A DNA stretch of 63,786 nt, the filler included, from Welwitschia mirabilis (taxonomy: Eukaryota): the NCBI GenBank assembly GCA_051453625.1. It is 7 parts of one record of this genome, joined end to end, with 100 filler letters (N's around TTAATTAATTAA, not from the genome) between each part and the next. Parts side by side here need not be neighbours in the genome. Positions count along the whole stretch, not along the records: positions 1 to 21,631 come from JBOZIK010000001.1; positions 21,732 to 36,942 come from JBOZIK010000001.1; 5 more parts are not named here. One strand, written 5' to 3'. Positions 11,926-23,921 of the stretch are shown piece by piece (within the stretch, counting starts at the first letter, position 1; the number at the start of each line of letters is the position of its first letter). Both the position numbers and the translations under genes were made by a program. The notes beneath the pieces were generated by a model. It worked only from the letters and a program-made list of their open reading frames with translations. It was not told where the DNA came from and did not search any database.

Positions 11926-14900
11926 TGAAGGTCATGAACTTGACCTAATGGTAGTGGACACCAAAATAACCAAACAAAATTGTTAGAAATTAAAATGTGT
12001 ACTATACAATTTAAAGTTTTCCAAAGAATGTACCTTTAAAAATTTGATAATAGAGCTAACTTTATATACTATAATGCCCTTTAAATGAATATTTGATAAA
12101 TACACCCTTAAATCAAAGCCAAAAATTAATTTTTTATTTTCAAGTAGTAAGTTCTAAAGAACCACACAATGATGTAAATTCAAATATAAAGTGCATGATT
12201 CTAATATTAAAGGCATCTCTAGAAGGATATTTGAAATTCTTATTAAGAGTGATTATTATAACTCATAAGACATTCATTAAAATTAACCCAAAAATAACTT
12301 TTGGAAGGGACATCCACTGGCAATAAAATGACATATTACTTTCTTGGTTTGGAAATTATAACACCTAAATGCTTTACTAGTAGGAGAATAACCTAAAAAG
12401 ATGCATTCAACTAATTACACATCCAATTTATATTGACTTAGTTTCATAATCTTTACAAAACATTTAATGCCAAAAATATTTAAATGAGATAGATTTGGTT
12501 TATGATCATACCATATTTTATAAGCTGTTGAATACTTTAGATGCTTTGTGATTATATTTTTTTATCTATAAGTTGTAGTATCTACAACTTTAGCCTAAAA
12601 CATTTTACCAAAACCTACATCTAACATCATTGATCTAGCCATATTTATCAGTGTAACATTTTTTCTCCTTGCTACTCCATTTTACTGAGGGATATAGCTA
12701 GTAGTAACATGATGTATAATTTCACACTTTCTCTAATAATCAAAAAATTCATGTGAAATATACTCACCACCTTTGTTAGTTCATAATGTCTTAATCTTGC
12801 ATCCTATTTTCCTTTCAACCATCTTTTGGTACATTTGAAAATATCTTAAATTTTGTAACCTATAATTCATAAAAAAATAGATAATAAAATCTTTAATGAT
12901 CATCAACAAAGGTAAGAAAAATATTTGCTACCATTAAAAATTTCTATTCTCATAGGACCACATGTGTTAGAATGTATTAACAAAAGTAACTGACTACATC
13001 TTTTATTAATAAGCAAAAAAGAGAGCTTTAACTTACTTTCCTTCTATGCAACTTTTACATGAGGAAGTATCACATAGTAAAAATGGAGGCATGCCTTTTA
13101 CTAACTACTTTTCCATCATTTGATGCATATAATTACCTAAAATATGCCTAAGTATTTGATGCTAGATCTAAAATTATTTATCATTAGAAATTAATCCTTT
13201 TTTGAAATTTAAATTTATATATATTATTAGCAGACTTGGGTACTTCTAATACTTTATATGCCCTTTTGACAATGTACTTAAAATTCTTAAGTAATATCTT
13301 GTAACAATATTTTTCTAATTGATCTAAACTGATTAAGTTGTAACACAAATTTGGATCAAAGTATAAATCATCGATTACAAGATCACTACCATTTTTATCC
13401 TTAAGTGCAACTGTCCCATAGCCTTCTATGTGCCCTGTTTCCCCTTCACCAAATTCAATGCTTTCCAAATGTACTTATGAAAAACTTTTAAATGCATCTT
13501 TCTAATTAGTCATATGGTAAGAACAATTACTCTTAAAAAACCAAGCCATTTCATAAGATGAAATCATTGAAAATTCTAGAGTAGTTGTGGCTATACACCC
13601 AAACAAACCTACATCTATGTTACATGTTTCAAGGGGATTCTCATCTTGTTTTTACTCTATTACATAACCTTGTTATTATTTATCCCTGATTGTAAATCTG
13701 TAATTTCTAATTAAATGACCTTGTAAATGAAAATAATGATAAGTTCTTATTTCTTTACCTCTTTAACTTCCTACTTCTTAGGGAGTACTTCTACCTCTTC
13801 CTTTGTATGGATGAACTCTATTTTATGTACTAAAATTGTCAGCTTGATTTTATTGTCCTTGTATCCTTCCTTTTTTAGCATCTTTTTCTCTTCCATGAGA
13901 GGTTTTCCATCCTTATCCATGGGGAACTTAGAGCTTCTTGACTTGTGGATGTAGTACCTTCCATCTTAAATATTGTCACTTATAAGTATTTATTCTCTTT
14001 TAAACTCAATTTATATTGTACTAATATTCCTATTAATTCATCAGTAGAAAAGGTATTCAAATCCAAGAAATTATGCATAGTCACTAAACTTTATTTAAAA
14101 GGCCTTCTTAATGATCTAATAATTTTTATTACGACATAATTATTATCAATAATATGGCTAAGCTTACTCATATCTTTTACTAGATCTCTAATCCTTTGAA
14201 TGAAATCTTCAATACTATCTTATTCCTTCATCTTCAGGTTCTCATATTTTGTTCTTAGAGTTTGAAATGTAATCTTTCTAATATTTTTGTGACCTTAGTA
14301 AATAATGTCCAATCCTTTCCAAATATTATAAGCACTAGAACATTGAAAATTTTTCTTTACCTAATCATTGTCCGTACTCATAAAAATTGCACTAAAGACT
14401 TAACTATCTTGCATATCTGTTTTCTCATAATTCATGTTTTTAGTATCAATACATTTTGGGATTAAATTAGCATCATATAATATGCAATGCCATAAACCTT
14501 ATTTTTTCAAATATTATTCCACTCTAATTTTCCAAATTTCATAATTGCCAACATCAAAAATTGGAATCATACCTTTTTCCATTTTCAAAATAAGAATCTC
14601 ATTTTCTTAAAACTATGTTGATTTGATGTTGAAGGTCCACTATTTTTCTCTTTTCTACTAAGTTTTGTCATAAGCCTTGTATGGCTCTAATATTAACTTA
14701 AAGGTTATGAACTTGACCTAATAGCAATGGACACCAAATAACTCATAAAGACCTATTTGAACTTAACAATGTATACTGTACAATTCAAAAATTTCCAAAG
14801 AGTGTACCTTTAACAATTTAATAACAAGGTTATTTTTACACACTGTAATTCCCTTTATATGAATATTTGATAAATACAACCTTAAATCAAAGCCAAAAAT

Positions 14901-15117
14901 TACTTTTTTATTTTGATGTCGTAAGTCCCAAAATCCCACACAATGATGTAAATTCAAAATACAGAGTGCATAGTTCTAATGTTAAAGGCATTTTTAGAAT
15001 TAAAAAGGTGACTTTAAATTCTTACTAAAATTGACTATTAAAACTCATACAATAATCCTTGAAATTAACCCAAAAAACAACTTTTGAAAGGGATATCCAA
15101 GGGCAATAAAATTCACA
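11926..15117 (-). mobile_element. Copia element with two ~410-bp LTRs, gag-protease-integrase, but no RT/RNase H/PPT
   Basis: Direct repeats at 11926-12333 and 14699-15117. Degenerate Met PBS at 14683-14695. Protease region in ORF 13184-13468. Integrase core and C-terminal CIFLGYSPTSKAFRCYNFQTKKVI directly abut the 3' LTR. Confidence 0.88.
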
Positions 15118-16996
15118 TCACTATAACAAATTATCTCTGTTTGATAATGACTTTTAAGTGAAAATTTCTAAATAGATTAAATAATATTCCTTTGGTAATG
15201 ATTTTTTCTTAAAATTAAAAGACATCCATTGTATCTAATTTTTTTTTAACACCATGAATAAATCATAAAATGAAATTAATAAGTCCCAATAGATTCATAT
15301 TTTATTATACTATAATTATAATATTTAATTTTATAATTGAAAGCAATTTTTTTATTGTTACTTAAAATGAGAGAGAAGTAAACATATATGAATAAACGTT
15401 TCATTCATTCATCAAAATTAAACTTAAAATATATGTTATCAAGAGAAATCATAAGTCCTTGAAAATCAAAATAAGCTTGCTGACATTAGATTTAATTCAA
15501 TCCTCCTTGAAGAATACAAGAAAATGTCATTTTTCTGAAAATAACTTCTTCCAAATGACTAATCACATTCAGATATTTTTATTTACTTGTGCCTTTTTTG
15601 TGCTATCACAATGCCCTTCTTCTCTCTCTGTAGTCTTGAACTTATCTCATTTATTCTAAAGGCTATTCTCCTCCTTTTATATAAATGTAATTTTTGAAAA
15701 TAGAAAGGAATAGAAGAAACAAATGTTATTTATAGTTTAAGAGATAAGAACAAGTAGGGAGAGATTCAAGAGATAGTAGCCTAAACAAGCAAGAAGTATA
15801 GAAATGAAGGTTTGAAATTGAAATACAATTAAGGGTTAAATTTAGAAGGTTTTGTAGGTTAGAGAGTGAAAAGTATTAGGGAAAAAGAAATGGCAAGAAA
15901 AAAGTGATAATCTTAACATTCATTAAAAATATTATAGTCTTGTTTATGTTGATTGTGTATCAAAGGAAAAATTTTCTCTATGTTTAAAAGGTGGATCAAT
16001 GGCCAGCTATCTCTATGGATTAGTTATTAATATAATGTTATCACTATGCCCATCTTCACTTGTATAGATTTATACTTAAACTTTTCTTTTATTCATTTGG
16101 TAAGTTGATAAGTTTGATACCATGATGATAGAAGAATATTACTAAAGCACTAAGAAAAGTAATGCAAAGTCCTACATATGTCCTACCTTTTGAAATTAAA
16201 AAGGACTTTCAGCATTGCTTTTGGTTTGTTAAGTATGAAAACCTTGTAAAGTTTACTTTTCCTCATAAGAACTATTAACATACCCTTATTTGATAGGTTA
16301 ACTTTAGGTAGTGAAAGGCATTTCAAAATTTCATTTTCAACGATGTGCATACTCCTCCACATGTTGTCCCTCTATTAAACATTAACTTAATCACATTTCA
16401 TGTTAGACAAGTGATATAGACCTTTGTTGTCACAAAGTAAAGTTTTCAAATGTTGTTCACCAAACACAGTGTACATTTAGCCTACTTTTAAAAATCCTAT
16501 AGGCCCAATGATTTAGACTTTTTGAGAGATTTCATGTTTTAAGAGAATGCGAAAGAAAAGCAAGTGCTATAACTACATTATTACATAGTAGTGTTAGCAT
16601 TTTTATGTGAGGATAATTTGTACAGCATGTTGATTACATTTTGACTTGCCAACTTGGACAAAAGATGTATTTTCTAGAAGGATTATAAAAGATGGATAGG
16701 AAGGAAAGTTAATTAATAAAGATCTATGTAGAGCATTTGCAAGGGTCCTGATGTTAATGCATAATTACTCTATTCTTTTGTTAAATAACTTATAGAATGA
16801 CAGCATCCAATTTCTAGAAAACCCATTAAAATTCTACTAAGAATGCCTCTTCCTCCATGAATAATTAGTTTAAGACTTGAACATTTTATGCGAACTTTAT
16901 TACAAAATAAATATAATAGATTACTCAAGGATCTTTCCTTTACAATATGCACATCATAAGTGATAAAAATAAACTATCTTATAAATGTAAGAAAAT

Positions 16997-18226
16997 TGTT
17001 GCAATACCAATTTGTAGGAATTTGATAGTGTATTTTGAGTGCTTTTGCAGGACATTTACACAGGTTTGGATGCAATACTGATGATTATGGAGATCTGAAA
17101 GGATGATCAGTAAAACATGTGGTTCTTAGTATATTTAGAAAGTTTCTCTGGCTTATTCTGACACTACATATTTGGAAGAAGACTCCATGATGCAAAAGAC
17201 TGATTTACCTTTTAGATTGGAGATAAGAAAGACTATCATCTCCACGACAGGCAGGATGATGACATTACTGACATGGACAGAAGTTGTAAGGATGATAGGA
17301 AGGAATGAAGATATTTTGATGTAGGATGACATCCCCTATGTCTTCTCAAAGGGAGTAGGGACGATAGCTATTTTGGTATGGTCGAAAAGAATTATCTTTA
17401 TAATGGGGTTAAGCAACCCATGTGGGCTGTTAGGGTTTCTTTTCCGACTTCTAGGGTTTAGTTTCTAGAATCTTAATGCAAAACTATAAATACCCTTCTT
17501 CTCTTTTGTTGCTATTTCCTTTTTTTATACTTGATATTTTTGTGATGGAAGATTGAAGGGCAAGAGGTTCATCCACAGCTATAGAAAGGAGTTTTCTTGG
17601 TGTTAGGCTGATTCTCTTCCATTGAGGTGCTTTCATTCTATTTGTAAGTGGATGTAAATTTCTTGTACTCTTTTGAATCAATATAATTGCTATTTTATTT
17701 CAATTCTATATGTCCCTTATGGTTTACATTGATCATAGTTTAATGTGACAACTCTGTGATTTATCTAAATCATAAGGAAATCCTTTGTTAGGGTTGACCT
17801 TATTTAGTATTAGATTTGCATTGCTTTTCCATTCCATTTCATATTGCATTTTATATTCTACTTGATAGATCTCATAGTTTATGTTGATTAAGAACTAATG
17901 GATACTCTTCTTAATTAATCTAAATTATAGAGAGGCTAGTTCTTGTGATAGAAGGATTAGGGACCAAGAGAGTTTATTTCATTTCCATTTGCATCTTATT
18001 TCCATTCATTTGCATTGCATTTATTTATTTATTTACTTCTAATTTTTATAAGACAAAATATTAAAAACATATTGGAAATCAATTCTCTAACTCTTAGCCT
18101 AGTGCCTTTTTTGGAATTACGACTTCTCTGTGAACTCCCATCTATACTAGTATGTATTTTCTGCAAGTTATTTGATTTATAGTTTTATGTAAAAAACTTT
18201 AAGATTCATAAAATCACACTGCATCA
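16997..18226 (+). repeat. Complete ~1.23-kb LTR of Athila-like Ty3/gypsy family
   Basis: TGTTGCAATACC...CTGCATCA. Alignable by eye to 39083-40307 and 19787-20739, and to minus-strand copies starting at 18323 and 60495. Confidence 0.8.
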
Positions 18227-19686
18227 CTCTTCATAATTATTAAAATTACATCTAAACCTATATAAATGTCCTACAAAGTACTCAAAATACCCCATTAAAC
18301 TCCTATAAATTGGCATTATAACATAGCCCTCTATTTAGCCCTGTTAGTCCCTGATAAAGTAGGGAAATATAAATTGAGTCAGTTTGATTGAGATAAATAG
18401 TAAGTAGGGAAATATAAATTGAGTATAAAAATATTTACCATCTAAGATAAAATATCAAAAACTAATTAACTAATGTAATACATCTATAGGATGCATAATA
18501 GGTATGTCATCCTGTACGTCGTCTAGGCAATAATTGGGATGACAGGCTTGAAAAATTAGAATAAAAGTAAGATGCCTACAAAAATGATTATTAGGGAAAG
18601 ATAAATACTAACAAATTTATTAGCCTCCTATTCAAAATTTTAAAACATCATAATATAACAATTGAATGTCATACACAATAATCATTATAAGATGTAACAA
18701 AGATAGCTTCAAAAAATGATGATGTATATGCATAATAAAGGATAGTGATACTAAAAGTAATGTGTATAAACTAAGTAGAAATAACTCAAAATGATGTATA
18801 CAAATGTATTAATGAGTTTTAAATACATTCTAAAAGGGAAGAATTTAAAAACAGAATCATAATATTGCTTCCCTTTTTCATGGTTTCCTGAGCATCCTAG
18901 ATTACATGTGTAAGAAAATTTTATAACTGTGCTAGTATGGCCTGCTAAATAATGTCCATAATGGATATCATACAAGTAATATGAAATCATTTATTGACTA
19001 GTACACCATACGTATGTATTAGGAAAGCTCAAAAATGATCCTCATAAATAAAAAGATTTGCTCAATATCTTAAAAGTAGCTTAAAAATATGTCTTATCCT
19101 CCCCATTGGTGAATCAAAATGTCCCAGATCGCAATAAAGCTAAATGACAACTATCATCCTCTCTATCATGGAGATGAAATATATGGGATGACAATCATCA
19201 AAGTAATTTTTTAAAAAATAAGAAAGATCCATAAGTAATGGTAGTAACAGTTAAGCATTAGAAAATCATTAGAAAATTAGGAAGATGGTTAAAAGTGAAG
19301 AATCATACTCAAAAGCAATGATCATGATAAAAAGAGAATTATATGAAAAGGACTCAAGGATCAAAGAATAGAACCATAATAATGCACNNNNNNNNNNTTT
19401 AAAAGAAATCCTCAAATATTCCAAACTCAGAAAGCATGTAAAAGTAGGAAACCGAAACTCAAAAGAGAGAGTATCATCATCACTTTTCAAAAAGTGCTTA
19501 AAAAAAGTCCTATAAATAAAAATTACAAGTAATATTAACAAGAATTTACTAAATGATCAATTCCAAAATATTATGTTGAAGAAGTATGAAAATTACTTTG
19601 AAAAACCCAATAAAAAAGGTAAAGAAAGATAAGAAGTAAAAATTGACAATTAGGAATATAAAGAAGATTGCTTACCTATCCTAAAN
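18227..19686 (-). mobile_element. Athila-like element 3' internal region plus first ~97 bp of its 3' LTR
   Basis: LTR start TGTTATAATGCC at 18323 is preceded by GGGACTAACAGGGCTAAATAGAGGGCTA, like the pre-LTR tract at 39060-39082. Confidence 0.65.
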
Positions 19687-19786
19687 NNNNNNNNNNNNNN
19701 NNNNNNNNNNNNNNNNNNNNNNNNNNNNNNNNNNNNNNNNNNNNNNNNNNNNNNNNNNNNNNNNNNNNNNNNNNNNNNNNNNNNNA

Positions 19787-20739
19787 GGGTTTAGTTTCTA
19801 GAACCTTAATGCAAAAATACCCTTCCCTTATTTCATTATTCTTTCTATCTTTTGTACCTGATATGCTTGTAATGGAAGATTGAAGAATAAGAGGTCCATC
19901 CAGAGATACAAAAAGGAGTTTTCTTGGTGTTAGGTTAAGTCTCTTCCATTGAGGTGTTGTTATTCTATTTGTAAGTGGATGTAAAGTTTTTGAACTAATC
20001 CAAATACTCTTTTGAATTAATACTATTGCTATTTCATTTCAATTTTGTATGTCCCTTATGATTTACATTGATCATAGTTTAATGTAATAACTTTGTGATT
20101 TATCTAGATCATAAGGGCAACCTTTGTTAAGGTTGACCTTGGTTAGTANNNNNNNNNNNNNNNNNNNNNNNNNNNNNNNNNNNNNNNNNNNNNNNNNNNN
20201 NNNNNNNNNNNNNNNNNNNNNNNNNNNNNNNNNNNNNNNNNNNNNNNNNNNNNNNNNNNNNNNNNNNNNNNNNNNNNNNNNNNNNNNNNNNNNNNNNNNN
20301 NNNNNNNNNNNNNNNNNNNNNNNNNNNNNNNNNNNNNNNNNNNNNNNNNNNNNNNNNNNNNNNNNNNNNNNNNNNNNNNNNNNNNNNNNNNNNNNNNNNN
20401 NNNNNNNNNNNNNNNNNNNNNNNNNNNNNNNNNNNNNNNNNNNNNNNNNNNNNNNNNNNNNNNNNNNNNNNNNNNNNNNNNNNNNNNNNNNNNNNNNNNN
20501 NNNNNNNNNNNNNNNNNNNNNNNNNNNNNNNNNNNNNNNNNNNNNNNNNNNNNNNNNNNNNNNNNNNNNNNNNNNNNNNNNNNNNNNNNNNNNNNNNNNN
20601 NNNNNNNNNNNNNNNNNNNNNNNNNNNNNNNNNNNNNACCTTTGTTAAGGTTGACCTTGTTTAGTATTAGATTTACATTGCCTTTTCATTCCATATCATA
20701 TCGCATTTTATATTCTACTTGGTAGATCTCATAGTTTAT
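19787..20739 (+). repeat. Fragment of the same gypsy LTR family, interrupted by CACTA insertion
   Basis: Matches 17453-17882; homology stops exactly at CACTA (20740). Confidence 0.85.
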
Positions 20740-21045
20740 CACTACAAGAAATATAAGCTTTTAAGGTGTTTGTGAAATGCCTTAAAAGGTCTTACAAAAT
20801 GCCTTAAATGGTTTTAAGGCGTTTCTTCATAAAACACTTTAAAAAACCATGCCTTAAAAGCATATCACCTTTTAAGGCGTTTCTAAGGCATTGATTTGTA
20901 AATGCCTAGAAATGCCTTTTGCGGTGTTTACGATGCCTCAAACTCTCTTTCAAAAGGTTAGAAACGCCTTTATTTTGTGGCGTTTATGGTAAAAACTCCT
21001 CAGAATTTTTGTTGCGGCATTTTTCAAATTAAAGCCTTAAAATTC
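20740..21045. mobile_element. CACTA (En/Spm) transposon terminus with subterminal repeats
   Basis: TIR CACTACAAGAAA at 20740-20751, followed by roughly a dozen AAAYGCCTTAAA / TTTAAGGCRTTT motifs in both orientations. The preceding 3 bp (TAT) are the predicted TSD. Other end not found in the window. Confidence 0.92.
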
Positions 21046-21631
21046 CTTTGCATTAAAAAAATTAGTAGCAAAATATATGAAAATTAGTAGCAAGATCACA
21101 CCAATACATAGCACAAAGCAGTGTCAGATAACTATCATGCGCAATGTTGTGATTCAACATTATATACACTATGTTAATTGATTAGATCCAAGAGTGGTGA
21201 TTCAAAACATTTACATTTAGAATATAGAGTCCATTTAAACACAAAAGCATTTCTTTCCTTCCATCCTACCTTTATCAAAAAATGTAAAATTCTATAAGAA
21301 TATAAATAAGAGTATAAAATCATTCAGTATTTAGTATTTAAGCCATTAAATATGTTTTCTTAGATAGACAACTAATACAAATAAATCAAAATATCAATCC
21401 ACTAACAAATCATTCCCATTTCAGATCTGTCATCATCTAGAAAAAAACACTCTAAGTAAACATTAAAAATGTATTATGGAAATTTACTTCTTTTTTTTTT
21501 TAATTGTTCTTCTTTATTTTCCTTATTCATGGATATAAAAGTGTAAATTTTTTCTTCTAAAAATTGCAATTCAATGGGATTTCTATAGCAAACCACCGAT
21601 AGTTAGCAAATTGATAATGGTCATCAGAGCT

Positions 21632-21731
21632 NNNNNNNNNNNNNNNNNNNNNNNNNNNNNNNNNNNNNNNNNNNNTTAATTAATTAANNNNNNNNNNNNN
21701 NNNNNNNNNNNNNNNNNNNNNNNNNNNNNNN
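21632..21731. other. Artificial scaffolding spacer N44-TTAATTAATTAA-N44 (also near 36943, 40632, 55686, 58367, 61865)
   Basis: Identical 100-bp structure occurs six times; the core gives stops in all six frames. Confidence 0.97.
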
Positions 21732-21789
21732 TTAAAGTTACCTGGTATATGTAGTTGCAGCAGCTGTAAATTCTTGGAATTATGAAAAC

Positions 21790-21875
21790 CTCTTCCATCC
21801 TTGTCAAACAAGCTAAAGGCTTCCTTAAAGCTCAGAAATCTGCTCGTTCCTGAGAGGTTCAGTGCCCAAGGCCAT
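21790..21875 (-). pseudogene. CAM: Calmodulin/CML exon 1 fragment
   Basis: MALGTEPLRNEQISE/(frameshift)FKEAFSLFDKDGR then GT, at the conserved first intron position of plant calmodulins. Confidence 0.88.
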
Positions 21876-21978
21876 AACAAAAGGGATTGTACAGCGCCAG
21901 AAAAGCCTCAAAATTTAGAATGTAGTCCATTTGCTTATTGTGCTGATGAGTTGCAATTTATTTTTGTTTCAATTACCG

Positions 21979-22412
21979 TAAGCTTCAGAGCGGTGGGCTA
22001 AGGGAAGCCATATCGGTAACCATGACAGCAGCCAAATAAAAGCAGAGGAAGTTTACCGAGACAATTGAGCTTCAGATCGGCCTTAAGAACTATGACCCGC
22101 AGAAGGGCAAGCATTTCAGCGGTTCCGTCAAACTTCCACACATCCCGCGCCCGAAAATGAAGGTCTGTATGCTCGGAGATCCGCAACATGTTGAAGAGGC
22201 AGAGAAAATTGGCATGGATTACATGGACGTGGAGTCCCTAAACTTAATAAAGCTGGTAAGTTTCCCACTCTTGTCATACATCAAGAGTCATTGGAATCCA
22301 AAGTGAATGAACCCAAAGCAACCGTGAAGTTCCAAGTGAAGAAAGTCCTCTGTATGAGTGTTGCTGTGGCGAACTGAAGAGTACCATGGGCAGGCCTCAA
22401 CGAATTTTCTGA
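21979..22412 (+). pseudogene. RPL10A: 60S ribosomal protein L10a (uL1) pseudogene with two internal deletions
   Basis: KLQSGGLREAIS...[120 protein letters not shown]. One premature TAA. Confidence 0.97.
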
Positions 22413-22835
22413 GCTTCTGTTTACCAGTTTAAACTATTGACATATCAAACTTCCTTGAAATCAGGCTGATTTTGTTTTACGTTGCTGTTTCCTTACTTGA
22501 GATATTCACTGTTGGACACAAAATAAGACATTTGTAGTTTTCTAATCCGTCTTTGAAGTAGATGTTAATTTTGTTGTTTTCAGTGTCCAACTTCAATCCC
22601 ATCAAAAGGCAGGAGGGAGTAACACCAATTGGAGATACGATTGGGGTGGACTCGTCGATCAAAGCAGACCAGATTTTGAAGAATGAATGAACAGAGATCT
22701 GAAAGCGGATGAGAAAACGGCTTCCTTTAGTCTGTTAAAGTGGATAATCGCAGGACACGGGGCTTAAGTCTACGCCTCGGATGATGACGCTAATGGTTTG
22801 CACTATTTCTCATCCTTTGCAGGCGGAGCAAAACA

Positions 22836-22960
22836 TTACGTGATCGGAACCCTCTGCCTTGATGGAGAAAGCTTTTGTTTTGGCTCTTTCAGGGTTCCGG
22901 CCTTCTTCAATATAAGGTCCCTTCGAATTCTTTGATAATTAAAATAAGCATAGCTCTTTT
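22836..22960 (-). pseudogene. Unidentified gene-like fragment (possible C-terminal exon)
   Basis: Open frame YAYFNYQRIRRDLILKKAGTLKEPKQKLSPSRQRVPIT* within the CpG-retaining mosaic. Family not recognised. Confidence 0.35.
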
Positions 22961-23158
22961 GTTTGAGAAGGCAGTGTAAAATAAGCAGACAGGCTTTCTC
23001 ACGAAGACTCGATACCAAAAAGCCAAATGCAAGGTTCACAGAGCATGTAACGAGCTGAAGAATGAAAAGATTCTACAACGGAGCAGAGATAAGTTGAGTC
23101 CAAAGTCATTGCAACTTGGACCATGCCTGAATCACAAGCGAGATTCTTGAGTCTGTGC

Positions 23159-23304
23159 ATTTTGCGAATAAGAAACATTGCAATCGTCTGAGGAGGAAAG
23201 ATTTTCGAGCAGCTGTCGGGAGATCGTGTTAGCGTTCGTAGCAGTGGCGCTGAACTCGGCCAAAACCATGGATCTACGCGCTCCAGGGCATAGAGAATTT
23301 TCAG
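23159..23304 (-). pseudogene. VAMP71: VAMP71-family longin R-SNARE N-terminal fragment
   Basis: (CTG)KILYAL/(frameshift)ARRSMVLAEFSATATNANTISRQLLENLSSSDDCNVSYSQN versus recalled VAMP71 N-terminus MAILYALVARGTVVLAEFSAT.TNA.TI..Q.LEK......NVSYSQD. Confidence 0.9.
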
Positions 23305-23537
23305 GAGAGATTAATCTCAATAGAACTCTACAAGTCGCAGTTGCTAGGGTTCCATCCCGTGATCAAAATGAAGAACGCAGAATTGCGGGGAATACCAGAA
23401 GACACAAAACGCAAGCAAGATATGAAAACAATGAATTTCCCCCCAAAAAAAAATTATTTTCCAATCTTTCCCTCTAGTTTAGGGGTGAAGGAGCAGAATT
23501 TAAGAGTCAGTCTTATTTTGTACAGTATTTGCAGACC

Positions 23538-23647
23538 ATCTTCAAAATCCCATGGTAGTCCTTCTGGACATCTTTCAATTTTCGCTTCCTCCCTTTCATA
23601 CCAGCTGCATTTAACAATTCAACCTTCTCTCTCCTCTGCAAAAGCTC
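23538..23647 (-). pseudogene. Unidentified captured exon with splice sites
   Basis: TTTTACAG|AG CTT TTG... encoding ELLQRREKVELLNAAGMKGRKRKLKDVQKDYHGILKM|GTCTGC. Confidence 0.45.
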
Positions 23648-23698
23648 TGTAAAACCTCACCACTCCAGCCAACTACAAAAGTGACGTACCTTCATGAC

Positions 23699-23921
23699 TG
23701 TAAGACATTTTCACCAACCCCACTCATCAGGATTAGATTTAGATCTAAATAAAATTTTAAATGAGTTTTTTAAAAGTTTTAACCTATTAATCTTTTTCCA
23801 ACTTATTAGGATTTTATATTCATGAAATAAAAAAACGAAACTTAAAAAATAAATAAATAAATAAATTTAATATTGGTGTAAGACTAACCTAAATTATTGT
23901 ATTAAAATTTGGGGTCTCACA
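23699..23921. repeat. Short solo-LTR-like or internally deleted LTR
   Basis: Termini TGTAAGAC...GGGGTCTCACA, typical of Tekay/Del gypsy LTR ends. Flanks ATGAC/ATTAA match only 3/5. Confidence 0.45.

Noticed and set aside
16100-16800. Possible plant mobile domain remnant
   Set aside because: Only faint motif resemblance across frames; not supportable.
20757-21045. CRISPR-like interspaced repeats
   Set aside because: Irregular spacing, both orientations and adjacency to a CACTA TIR identify them as subterminal repeats.
21676-21687. Recurrent TTAATTAATTAA palindrome as a biological motif
   Set aside because: Always centred in N44 flanks; it is an assembly linker.
23006-23017. PBS-like TGGTATCGAGTC on the minus strand within the gene mosaic
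   Set aside because: Imperfect match with no adjacent LTR end (CA) or partner LTR.
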